From the NCBI GenBank assembly GCA_963693365.1, contig CAVNZM010000002.1, positions 5,224,259 through 5,288,258 on the forward strand: a DNA stretch of 64,000 nucleotides, given 5' to 3'. This document shows, piece by piece, positions 31,132 to 44,054 of the stretch. The position numbers were made by a program, and so were the translations under genes. The stretch's first letter is position 1. Every line of letters begins with the position of its first letter. The notes under the pieces were generated by a model. That model had not been told where the DNA came from and ran no database searches. It saw only the letters and a program-made list of their open reading frames with translations. This stretch comes from Amoebidium appalachense. Lineage: Eukaryota > Protista > Ichthyosporea.

Positions 31132-32049
31132 CGGATGGGGGACGGGCCAAGGGGGGGGGGAGGGGGGGGGGGGGGGAAGCGTGATTAGTTGATATAGAGA
31201 CTGGTGGATAAGTAAGGAATTGAATTGGTCGTGTTGTGAATGTTGATGAGGGGTGGGGTGGAGAAGTAAACGTTGAGAGGGGAGGGGGGACGGAAGAGGG
31301 GGGGGGGGGGGGGAGGGGGGAGGGGGGGCCAAAGCAAGGATGTTTCTAGATGTAATAAAAAATGTTACCTGATGAGGCAGAATGAAGTCCACATAGAATT
31401 GGCTCTTATCCAGCACCCTCTTCTGCTCGCCTACAGGCCCACCCATACCCCCGAAAAGGAAGTTAGCCTGCTCATCCGATTGGCTCGCAAGGCCCAATTG
31501 CTTTGCAGACTTGTTCTGATAGGCTGCCGCGACGTCCACTCCAAACTCGTACAGTTTCTGATTGGCTCCGAGCATCATCATGCGGTGGGTGCGCTTGGTG
31601 ACGTCATCGGTTGCACCGGTCGAAAGGAAGTCGGGTGGGAGGGGTGACAAGGTCTGGGTTGGGTACGCCTGCTGGAGCTGTGTGTGTGGGGAGGGGGGGG
31701 GAGGAGGAGGAGGAGGGGAAGGGGGGGGGGGGGGGGGGGGGGGGGATTAATGCCTTTGCACGAAAGAACATGTTATAAGGAGTTGAATGGAACTGTGGCT
31801 TTGTGAGCAAGAGGGCAGATTAGGGGGAAACGGGGGGGAAGGGGGTAGGTAGGTAGGTCGAATTTGCATGTTTACAATCAATCGAAAATGGTCAGCATGA
31901 TGGTATTGTGTGTGTGTGTTTGGCGGGGTGGGGATGGGGGGAAGGGCGGGTAATATGTAACGGAAGGCCCGTTTCTGGGGAATAGGGAACTGGCTAGGTT
32001 GCGTGGGACGAGGAAGAGATGGTGGGGATGAATCAAAGCAAATGGGGGA

Positions 32050-32101
<52 letters not shown>

Positions 32102-33578
32102 TGCTGTTGTTGTTTTTTTCGGGGGGGGGGAAGGGGGGGGGGGGGGGGGAGGGGCTATGACTTACCTCCTGTGAGGTTGCAGGTGCCTTAGCATTGTGGT
32201 CCAGATTCTTAATCTTGATCAGATAGACGATACACCCAGCAAACATGCCGATAGTGGCCAGGAAAAGGAGCGCAGCAAACGCCATCATGAACGCGGTAGA
32301 CTGCTTGGGCGACTTGTCCTTTTTAGGCTTGGCTACGACGGGACGTGGCTGGCTGCCGAGTGTCCCAGGAGCCATCAGATTCGCCTTAACCTGATCCTTA
32401 ATGGCTTGGCGGGGGAGGGACCGATCCAAAAAGACAAAGAGACCATAAAAGGCAGGCAGGGCGTAGACGGAGATCCACACGAGGTCGTGCTGCCCGAGCA
32501 TGGGCGAAAGGAAACAGGCGGCAACGGAGAACGTGTAGAGGAGCTTGCGATCGATAAACGTGTAGAAGGCGAGGGTGAGATAGTACATGCGGATAAACAT
32601 GAACCCGTTGATCGCTGTCCACAAATACATGCAGTTTGCGTACGACGGGTTTTCAATGATTTTCCACGAATCAAAAAGGCACATTCCGGCAAGTCCGACA
32701 TACAGCGGCCGGGTGATAATTTGCTCCCCGTGCACCCCGGGAACCAAATATAGCGCGGTGGCACATTGCACAATGGTCGACAAGGCGATAAGCCGAATGA
32801 TCGTCGGGTGTTCTTTAACCCATGTCCCGTCGCCGTACTTTTGCACAAAGAAAACGGCCATTAGAGAATACATCGAGATCATCCCTGTGTGTTAAGAGAA
32901 TAATACGAGTGTCAGTGTGCAGTTTTTCCAGGTGCAAAATCTTGCTACTTAGTGCGGAATCGTCCTCTGGTGTCCATTATCCTAAGCTGTTGGTTCCCGG
33001 CCGTTTGATCTTACAGACATCGGAATTGTCTTCTGATGTCCATCATACTAGGCAGTGGGTTCCCACCTCCTCCACCCCCTCCACTTCCCACATCCGGCAC
33101 AAACACAAACACAAACACACACACAAACACACACACACAAATATCTCACCAATCCACCCACCCACCCATCCCCCCTTCCTGCCCTCTCCTTCATTCCGAC
33201 ACTCTGACCCCACCCGGGCTACCAAACAACCTTTTCTTTTCTTTTCCCCGATCTCCGTCTGTGTTCAATCCCCTTTGACACCTGTTGACAATTTTGGCAC
33301 TGCCTCATGCCTATGGTATGCTGTTACTCACCGAACAAAATGTGTGTGAAGATGGCCACGTTGTCAGCAAGGGTCCTCCTGAAACGTTTTCCTGGGAAGC
33401 TTCCCATCAAGACTCTCTGCAAGACCATTATGAACGGGTAGAGGCAGTCAATGATGACCAGAAACCAGAAATATCGGTCTGGGTTTGTTAGATAGTCGGT
33501 GAAATTCTGATATACGAGTTGAGACAGGTCTATTTGGACCATTTGGGCCGCAGGGTCCACCAGTGTTTCTGTCGTCAT
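27804..33578 (-). CDS. Lipoxygenase-family protein with N-terminal multi-pass membrane domain, 937 aa, 8 exons
   Basis: Exons 33578-33332, 32884-32166, 31677-31369, 31101-30745, 29798-29332, 28978-28789, 28551-28329, 28105-27804: all GT-AG and in frame (2814 nt). LOX motifs LMPVAI, VYTP..DWVLAK, HILLDHLLLEP, QLADVHPVHALL, YLYRDD, ELQAWAREV, SAHHASVG. Confidence 0.92.
30113..30720 (-). mobile_element. Small non-coding retroposon: 453-bp unit plus 155-bp repeat, inserted in an intronic G-run
   Basis: Direct repeats 30113-30267 and 30566-30720; related copies at 59947 and ~63281; the paralogous duplicated intron segment 29986-30072 shows the empty G-run. Confidence 0.8.
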
Positions 33579-35240
33579 TTTCCGAGTTGCCAGCTACGGC
33601 GTGAGGCAGTAATCACTATGTGTCGCCTTACTAGGATTGCGCTATGAAGGAGACTATATCAAATGTTGACAGGAATGCTTTGCATCTATGAGGTGTTGCT
33701 GCTGTGTCAGCCTGCACTGAGTTGTTACTAGTCCCTTCAAGTTTGTTTTCTCCCGTTCATGTGTCACACGACTTGTTCGTTACACACTAAGTTGACGTGT
33801 TCAAAAACACAGCTAGTTAGTTGCAGCATGTAGCATTACTCCTAAAAGCGACTCTGTCGTGCCTAACTGGCCTGTGATTGTCTCTTACGGGGGACTACTG
33901 TTCACTATTGTAACTCGTACTTCTATTTCAATCCGACGTTTTCGGCCAGTGGATAAAGACTCAGTGATGAGGGCATGGAAGAAAAATGGCGGGCTGGTGT
34001 ACCGGCATATCATTAGCATGATTAATAACGCATTGGATTGGTTGAAAATGCACCATCTCAGTGCGGCCGTAGGGCCTTCATTTGCCCGAACTTCTTGAAG
34101 TTTGCTATCCTAAAAGCGGAGCAAAAGCAACAAATCCTTTTTACTAATGGTAAAATGAAAAAAATGAATGCTCTAGTGCATTGCTATTGGGTTTTATTTA
34201 TGTAACTCTCTGTGCTGCGCTTGTGCGAAATGACCCAAAATATTATTAGGAAATTATTGGGCGTTTCCATTGGCTAATACTTTTGGTCGGTGGCTCTATT
34301 CCTATTGGTGGACTTTCGAAAATTGATTGCGCATTGTTGATTGGTGTACCTACTATGCATGGGATGCTTCCTATTGGCTGAAACGAGTCTCTCATACAAG
34401 CCCAAATAAAATGAGTGAATTGAATGATCCAGAAGGCCGCTTTGTTACGCTTTGTACTAATATAATTAGTTTGTGCATACATATGCAAGCGGTGAGAATG
34501 GAGCTGTAACAACTAATAAGAAAAGGTCGCAAATATTTTTACATCTTGCATTCGTTGTGGTAGTGGCTTCGAAGCTTCTGCAGTCACAGCGTATTGATTA
34601 CGCAATCACGAGATTGATATTTTACTTGCACGTGAAGGCTTTCGAATACAAGCGTGGCCATCATGCGCACGGGCCCGGCGCGGAGGCTCGGCCGAGTGGT
34701 GAACTTCGAGTGGCCAAATGGCGACTTCTTCTGACTCAGTACCCGAAAAGTGTTTGGGTATTCTCAGGTCAAACAAGACATGTACAGTACTAGTAGGAGA
34801 CAGATGATCTATTTATTTTTCGCTCAGCAGTGACTCAACCCATATGCTCCGAGTCGAGCCTGCCAGGCTCTCAATGACGACTGCAGTGAAATACTTCCAG
34901 TTTCGTTTGTAGTAACACAAAAAAGATGGCGTTCACCCCGGCACAAACTAAAATATCTACCTAGTGTGCAATGCCTCGAGCTTTCAAGTTTCTCCGGGAG
35001 TCCGACGATTTTGCCAAACCATGCATATGCACGGATTTGCAGGTTGTACAAGTGCACCTGTGTGTGCTCGTATGTGGCACACGGCAACAAGGCATAGATA
35101 GCCACTGTGGCATCATACGGCCGGAATGCACCCAGTTTGTGCCATGCACCCCATGCTCAGCAAGATCAAGGTAGGTGTACAGTAGGTGCCACTTCGCACA
35201 GAAACTATCTTCTTGTGCCCAGTGCACACGGTGACTTACA

Positions 35241-35303
<63 letters not shown>

Positions 35304-35395
35304 TTACACAGTCACAGTCACACACACACACAAACACATACAAGCTGTCATTGAAACATACGCGCGCGCACACACGCACGTGCACACACATGCGG

Positions 35396-35846
35396 CACGG
35401 ACGCATTCGCACATGCACGGTCTAAAAACACACACTATGCTGATGGCAAAATTGGCACCCTAGCTAGGGTACAGTTAGTGTTTAGTGAAGGAAGGGAATT
35501 CCGGATTTCACTAGCCTCGGAGAGATCCCTAAGGGTCCCCTTTGGGGTTAAAACGGAATCATTACGAATAAAAAAAAAAAAAAAAAAGCTGAAAACTGAA
35601 AATCTAAAATAAAAATACTCAAAAAAAGCTGAAAACTGAAAATCTAAAATAAAAATACTCACACATGTGTGTGTACATCGCCACACACAATGTGGGGTGG
35701 ACTGAACACTTCCCGATGTGGGGTGGACTGAACACTTCCCGATCACTGTGTGACCGGGTGCGCCATGCCACATACTAGGCGGGATGCAGTATAAATTCGA
35801 CACATCGCCCATTTCCGGATAGTCCCATGTGGTGACCATCAATTAA

Positions 35847-35884
<38 letters not shown>

Positions 35885-36884
35885 ACACACACACATGATA
35901 ACACACTCGACTGCCCTTTCTGGTGATGATACCTGGCTTGAAAAGGCGCAAGTGGGGAAGGGGGATGACAAGGGAGATTTGAGGGGGGGGGGGAGGGGGG
36001 ACTGAACGCTGAAGAGCAGCTTATATGTAAATCAGTTGGGAGAGCAACGGTACTCTTAAAGAATTAAGCTCGGAGCGGCCATGCTTTGAAGTAATGGCTG
36101 TTGTCGGCAGGTATTTGTTTTTGCATATAATACTCGATTAAAATGAAGTGCTCACCCAGTGACCAAGTGAACACCCATCACGGACGCATTCGCACATGCA
36201 CGGTCTAAAAACACACACTATGCTGATGGCAAAATTGGCACCCTAGCTAGGGTACAGTTAGTGTTTAGTGAAGGAAGGGAATTCCGGATTTCACTAGCCT
36301 CAGGGAGAGATCCCTAAGGGGTCCCCTTTGGGGTTAAAACGGAATCATTACGAATAAAAAAAAATAAAAAAAGCTGAAAACTGAAAATCTAAAATAAAAG
36401 TACTCACACATGTGTGTGCGTGTACATCGCCACACACAATGTGGGGTGGACTGAACACTTCCCGATCACTGTGTGACCGGGTGCGCCATGCCACATACTA
36501 GGCGGGATGCAGTATAAATTCGACACATCGCCCATTTCCGGATAGTCCCGTGTGGTCACCATCAATTAACCACACACACACACACACACACCCACACACA
36601 CACATGATAACACACTCGACTGCCCTTTCTGGTGATGATACCTGGCTTGAAAAGGCGCAAGTGGGGAAGGGGGATGACAAGGGAGATTTGAGGGGGGGGG
36701 AGGGGGGACTGAACGCTGAAGAGCAGCTTATATGTAAATCAGTTGGGAGAGCAACGGTACTCTTAAAGAATTAAGCTCGGAGCGGCCATGCTTTGAAGTA
36801 ATGGCTGTTGTCGGCAGGTATTTGTTTTTGCATATAATACTCGATTAAATGAAGTGCTCACCCAGTGACCAAGTGAACACCCAT
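35396..36884. repeat. Tandem duplication (783 bp + 706 bp)
   Basis: Copies 35396-36178 and 36179-36884 are nearly identical; copy 1 has extra ~39-bp and ~26-bp internal duplications. Confidence 0.95.
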
Positions 36885-37114
36885 GCGCACACCCCTGGCC
36901 GTTTAGGAAGGGTGAACATAGAGCCATCAAGGTGCATAGACATAATATTATCGATCGGAAGGGGAGGAATGTGGGTGAGGTGTTACACGTTTGAAGTTAT
37001 AGCCCGGCCCTCTTCCTTCTCCTTCCTCCACCTCCCCCCCCTTCTGCCCCCGGGAAGGAGTGTGCCTATTAGTTTGCCCCGCCCCAAATCTTCTTCTTTT
37101 TCTTTTTTATTTTT

Positions 37115-37161
<47 letters not shown>

Positions 37162-37543
37162 ACAAAAGGTGTTGCTTTAGGTGGGATCATTAGATAGTTT
37201 GTTTTTTCAAGTAGTCTGCTGATGATCGAACAGTGAAATGCAAGAGATGCGCATGCTGAGGCTTGCTTATCCATGGCGCATAACATGACACAGATTTCTA
37301 CTACATGCATGTTAAGATTCGCAATCCCACACGATCAGGTGTCAGTCAAAATTGATACCAACACGATGTTATGTGCAGTTGTAACATCATGTGGACTCGA
37401 GGGTGGAGGGCCCTTAAACGATCAGAGGTGGTCGTGATGGGTGGTGCTACGTACTGCAGCTTGCGTGTGTAATTGTGTGTACATGTTTGTTTGTTTGCGC
37501 GCTTGCATGTGTGTGTGCAGTGCACGTCTTTTTTTTTTTTTTG

Positions 37544-37621
<78 letters not shown>

Positions 37622-38517
37622 GGCAATGGCTAATGGTGGCCCGAGGAAGTTAGCACTAAGCATGTCTCTCTCTCTCTCTCTCGACTCCGAGGCTCTCTCT
37701 CCTTTCTCTCTCTCTCTCTCTCTCTCTCCCCCCTCCCCCCCCCCCCCCCCCCCCCGCGGAGGAAGTTAGTGGTGGGGATGCCTCTCCTTCCCCCCCCCCC
37801 CTCCCCCCCCCTTTTTCCCCAGGCCCGGTACCTATTTACGTATGTTTGCTATTTACTTTTGTGTGAATTAAAGCAAAGAAAAAAGGACGTGCATGTCGCA
37901 CAGCGCAAACATACTGACACGCGGCTGGTGTGTCTCAACGAAAGCACGCAACCATCCCCCACCGGTAACCACCCACTTCATCCCACAAGAAAAGTCGTTC
38001 CCCTTAATAGGCACTACCATGTACATACACACACGTGCACTTTTTTTACACATCTCTGTTCCCGCATGTGGTCTCTTGAGATGTCAAATTTTCACAAGCC
38101 AACCCCAATGATAATATTGGGCAATCGATGGTAATTTCGAGGATATCCAATGGCTCTTTAATTTTCAAAGAGTCAATGATAGTTGCAGGTGAGGTCCTGC
38201 CCACACTCTGACAAGTATCATGGGGCAGAATAGAATTACGCTAAGATATACTAACGGGCTTCATTTCGGCTATGATAATTGATATTATTCAGCATACTAA
38301 GACCTATATGGAACCCAGGGAAAGGCTTTGCAATTTATATACAAAAGCATCAACAAGACTAAACCTATGATTCTACCTTTCCTTCGCGTATGAACACATT
38401 CGCCATTTCCATTTTCAGATAACGCTTTAGTCCACCGTCAAAACTATTCATCATATCCAAATATTCATCCTACACTAATGAAATCTAAATTTTCTAAAAA
38501 AAAGAGGGAATATATGC

Positions 38518-39475
38518 TCACGAACCGTCCACTGCTGTGCACGTGGGTGTGTGTCCGCTCAACCCACGCCCGAGCAGCATTTTTTCCATGTGAACTGCAA
38601 TTTCGTCCATGCCCCATCTTTTCTTGGGGTCCAATTGAAGGGTACAAAAAAGCAACTCCCTCACGTCTTGCGGCAGCTCCTCCCATCGACCCTTTTTTGC
38701 GTCGGATCCCTCTACTTCCTCATTTCTGGAAAAGAGAGCTTCAAAATTGGTATTTTCGCACCACCTTACGTAGTGGCGAAACTCCTCCGACCGGAGGGAT
38801 GCCTCGGACCACGGGAATTTCCCAGTGAAAATAACAAAAGCAACAGTGGCAAAAGCCCACACGTCGACCGCTTTGAAGTCGAACCAATCGGGTGCAAAGC
38901 CGCGCGAAAAGGAGAGGCATTCCTGTGAGAGGAGAAGAGAAAGGGTTGGAATGCGCGAAAAAGCTCAAACAATAGTGATGATTTAGCCCGGCATATTGAA
39001 GGATCTCTCTCTCTCTCTTGTGCTCAATCCGTCTCTCTATCCCCCCCCCCCCCCCCCCCCCTCCCTTCTTTCTCCCGGGGTATCTCTCCCTCCCTGCCCC
39101 CCCCCCCCCCCCCCCCCCCCTTTCTCCTTCCCCAAAGTCTCTAATCTCCCTCTCTCTGTGCGTGTTTGTCTCATTCTCCCGCTGTCCCCCTCCCCCTTCC
39201 CCTCCAGAATAACGAAAGAAAAGGAAGAGAAGCCCGATTACCCCCTCCCCTCCCCCTCCCCCCCCCCCCTCCCCCCTCCCCCAAAGGGAAGAACGCCCCC
39301 TCCCCCAAAGAACCCCCCCCCCCCCCCCCCCAAAAGGAAGAAAGGAGAGCTCAATATTAAGGCCATACCCCTTTCCCTCTCTCCAGCACTCACAAAGCAA
39401 CGTGTTCTACAATGTGTGGGATGACGTGGGTCCATTACATTATTGTGTGTCCACAGCGAGGGGGTGCACAAAAAG

Positions 39476-39514
<39 letters not shown>

Positions 39515-39562
39515 AAAGAGAATTTTCGCGCGCGTCCACACGTGTTTGTGTGTGTGTATGTG

Positions 39563-39598
<36 letters not shown>

Positions 39599-40536
39599 GA
39601 GAGAGGGTGGAGGGGAGAAAGGGAAACATACCGGTGCGATGTAGGGCACGGTGCCTGCATAGGCAGACTGCCTCTTGTCTAACACACTGATGGCTGCCCC
39701 AAAGTCGATGAGTTTGACGTCACCGGACCGTGTCAGGCAGAGATTTTCAGGCTGCAAGGGGGGGAAAGGTCAGAACTTCTTGTAAAAACCCACTATGCGC
39801 AAAAACGTGGGTTGTACTAGCGCGAATCCAGACACTTTCCTAAAGCAAGCACTGAATATTCGTCTAAGGTACTAGCAACAAAACAACCTCCTGCGTCCTT
39901 TCCTCCAACCCCCGCCCCCTTTTCCCTATACCAAATATTGCAAACATCTCACGTAAAACACACAGGGTGCATTTCAGTGCTTTTATATTGTTGAACTCAT
40001 TAACAACAATATTCCTGCCCTCCCTTGCCCCCTCTCCCCCCCCCTCCCGGATCTTGTAAGCAGAGTTAGCGCGCAATCGCTATAGTACTCACCTTAATGT
40101 CACGGTGCACGAATCCCATCTTGTGCAGATATCTCAAAGTGTCAGCAAGCTGGTACAAAACTCGCACAGCATCATTCTCCTTCATGCCCACATCCGGCTC
40201 GATGGCATCAAACAACTCTCCCCCAGGGCAATACTCCATCACCAGATCCACCTCAAATCTTCTCTCAACAACGTCTAGAAGCTTTGCCACGCCTGGGTGT
40301 GTCTTCAGAGCAGTCTGTGCGCGAACCTCTGCCGCAAGTAGATTGAATGACCTAGACTCTCGTGCAATACGTTTTAAAGTGACGAGGTCACCTGTTGCTG
40401 TGTCTTGTGCAAGGTAGACACTTGCTGTGCTTCCGTTTGCCAGCCGTTTGACCGGCGCGTAGCGTGGTCGTGTGGGAGCCATTAACACGTCTGTAATGGG
40501 CGCAGACGCCGTTGCGCATGAACCTTGGAAACGCAT
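38518..40536 (-). CDS. Ser/Thr protein kinase (SBK1/Chk1-like catalytic domain), 3 exons
   Basis: Exons 40536-40093, 39751-39632, 38922-38518. Motifs VTLK, MEYCPGGELFD, HRDIKPEN, DFG, GTVPYIAPE, DVWA, TGKFPW, DPKKR. Start codon uncertain. Confidence 0.92.
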
Positions 40537-42801
40537 GTTTGAAGTTGTGCACTCGGTACTCGCACAGAAATTTGGATCTTTCGTGCTTGCTGCGTTGGAT
40601 CTAAGGGATGAAGGACGTTGGTGTGAAAGCGCAGTTAGGAAACTAAAAACGTGTGTTTTCCTTCGTTTACTCGCCAATTTATAGGCTTTCCAGCTCGTTT
40701 CAGTTTCACTTCTTTCAGCCTGATTTTTCGTTGTTGTCTGTTGCTGTTTTGAAAAGAAACAACCGGGCTTGCAGCCGTGTTTGTGTTTATATCTTGCACC
40801 AACAGCCCGGGCCCTGGCCGTTGGAACTCACTTGGCTGGCTTTGACCTGTTGCAACACGTGAAGGTATGCGGTGTGATTAATGTGTGACTCAAGGCCAAT
40901 GGTTATGCTCCATTGATAGCACTGGTAGTGATGACGTACATTCCTTTCCGCGCGTGGCGCAGACAACTGTAGTTTTTTAACTTAATACGATCGTTTAGTG
41001 ATGAAAATCGTAAATTATTGGTATTCTAACAACATAATGCTAGTGTATGGTGTTCCAAAACATAAGAGCAAGCATTCACAGACGTACTACATCAGTTTCC
41101 TGTGGCTTGGCTGTTTGTTTCACACCGTAATCAAAACAAACCGCCGAATCTGGAATGGACGCGGTGAACTAAACCAATCAGAAGTGGCTCTAACTTGCAC
41201 ATGCTGCCGATTCCAACGGATGCATGTTGGCGCCACGTTGGCAGCATGAAAAATTTGGGCTCTCTTGAGCGCATGATTTATCCTTCTATTTTAACTTTAG
41301 GTAATAGCAAGATGATGTGTTGAAACTGACTTATCTTGGGGTAAAAATAAAGAAATGCACAGAAATGCTAGATATTTTTTCTATCTAATATATTTTATTA
41401 TTATTATATTTATATCACTGTTTTGCAGTGAAAAGTCTGTTACATTTCAGTCAAACCTTGGCCAGGTCATCGCCAGGCGTAGCGTACTAAGCCTAGTTCT
41501 AAGTTAAAACATCTTGACCAATCGGACGGTGCTCTTGGCATGTGAAGACCAAAAGCCTTTTGCCGGTCGCCGTCTGACTGGGGCGCTCCTTTGCTGACAC
41601 AGAGTGGCGGATTTTGATTGGTTCCAAGGCCTACACAGTACACACTACAGTCGTGCCACACAACTACTATATATTACCTTGCCTGAGGATGTCAACAATG
41701 AGAAAAAAGATAATATATGTTGAGGTTTTTTTCAATGATAGTGTAGAAGCGGTGCTACTCAACCCACCGCCGACTCATCGGCTCTACTGCAACACAATCA
41801 ATCGGGCCATGGGGAGCAAGTGAGCAAGATGGCCTTCCCCCGCGACCAATGTTTTGAACAGAATTGTATAATGTAATCCAGGGCCTGGTCAACATTTTTG
41901 GGCCAGGCACCCTTCTTGAAATATCATATGGATTTTAGCCTTGGAAAAAAAAAAAAAAAAGTGGAAAATAGGCTTTGAATAAAAACAAAAATACATGAAA
42001 TCCTATTTAAAGCAGTACTCAATCGTCAGCTCGTCACTTGTCAATACTCAATAGCTGTTCAACTTATCTCCTGGCGAAAACAAAAGAGAGACATCCGATA
42101 CGAAACTTACAAGATCTTGGGGGATTGCACCTCTCATCCAATCATACACGTTCCCGCGCGAAACCGTTGCTACTCTCCTGATTGGCCGCAGCTGCACACT
42201 TGCACCAAGGCCTCCTAGATACAACACATTGAGTCCACATACGTGGTTTGAGTGCCTGTGAACCTGTGCGTGTGACAGGTGCGCGCGCGAGAAGATATGT
42301 GCCCCTACATGAGACACACGCACATGTCATGGATTGGCAAGCTAAGCTTATCTGCGCGCGCGAGAAAATGTACGTGTGACAACACGCACGTGTATCTGCA
42401 GCTGGAATACAGCGGTACAGTACAGTGCTGTGCATTCACACCAGTCACCTCAGCAGGGCCGGAGACTCTTGAAGCTTTGTAGTACAGCTGTGCGCTCTGA
42501 CTGATGTGCGTACGGAGAATCAGAGTTTTCCTCGTTCTTTTTACGTGGTGCGAAGCAAAATGAGGAACATATCCCACTCTACATAGCCTATCGATGCGTG
42601 CGCATGCATGCTAATATAACCAGGAAATGGAAATCAGTGATCATGATCAGTGTAAGGATAGTAAAAACTATGCCCCAGCTGAAGCTACAGTATATTATCT
42701 GGCCGGTGCCCGGCGGGGTAAAGATATAGCGGAGGGGAACTTGAAGGTACCACCTCCCTCCCTCCCTCCGCCCCCCTCCCCCCTCAACGTTAACGCCTCC
42801 T

Positions 42802-42837
<36 letters not shown>

Positions 42838-42864
42838 TAAGAAGCTTCCCCCACCCCCCTCGAG

Positions 42865-42895
<31 letters not shown>

Positions 42896-44054
42896 TTGAA
42901 TTATGATTGTTTGGAGATTTATTTTCGAGCATGTCGCTCATCGAAGTAGAAAAAGGCGCTTTGCAATTGTGATGTGTCGGCAGGCTGTTTCAGAATCTGA
43001 TACATCTGAGCCCTAGGCATGCCAGTGAGCAGGGGAGACGGTGCACCACGTGGCCATGGCTGCAGCTGGAAGAAGGTGTGTGTGTGTGGGGGGGGGGGGG
43101 GGGGGGGGGGGAGGGCGCGGGAGGTGGGGGGGGGAGACTTCTGTGTTTGGGGCGGAAAGTTGGGGGGAGGGGGGAGGGAGTGGAGGGGAGGGGATTAATT
43201 ACGACTTGCTAAGTTGCTATCTATGGGATATTATAGATGAAGTGGGCAAAAGCCCCGAGCCCAATGGGTGATACTAGTTAAAGGGGATCATCAACGGCCG
43301 TAGACTCTTGATCAATACGTCATATTCACATGGACCCAGCACATTCGATTTGGCAATTGGCGTGTCTGGTGTAGCCTTCTTGGCAAATGACCATGAGATA
43401 TACCTACCGTGACTCTGCACGAACTGACTTTCACTAGGACCTCCCCCCTCCCCCCCCCCCCTTCCCCCCCCCCCCCCCCCCCCCCCCGGCCCCCCCAAAC
43501 AACCATTCCCAACCCCTGGCTCTATTCATCTCCCTACCTTATCTTCCCACCGGTACCTTGCCATGCACAACAAGGATGCGCTGACACCCCCAACCTATGA
43601 TAGTAGAGGAAGAGGGAAAACAAGAGAGATCTAGAGAGAAACACTGTTGCATACGAGGTGGTGTACATCAAAAGGGCGAGCGGGCGGGCAGGGGGGAGGA
43701 GGAGGGGGGGGGGGGGGGGGGGGGGGGAGAGGGGCAGGAGGGGGGGGGTGTGGGTGTGAGGAGTGAGAAAATGGGGCACATAATTGAATCAAACACCCAC
43801 CCGACGTATCCGAATTCACATCACTTTTACTGGAAATCGGCCAAAGCGGCCCGTGATAAATGCGAGGCCGCACAACCAATCACAAGCCTCACATATGCAC
43901 ATGCCCACTGGTTTGACCAATCAAACACAGCCACATTATACTCAGGAATTTGGTACCATCGTGAAAACATGCCCCCCAAAGAGAAAAACACGTGGAAACC
44001 CTCTTGCGCCGCGCTCCCCACCGTAGAACGACTTTCAGTTAGTGGGCTCTAGCT

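Noticed and set aside
34473-35275. Short ORFs between LOX and the kinase
   Set aside because: No motifs and no consistent splice structure.
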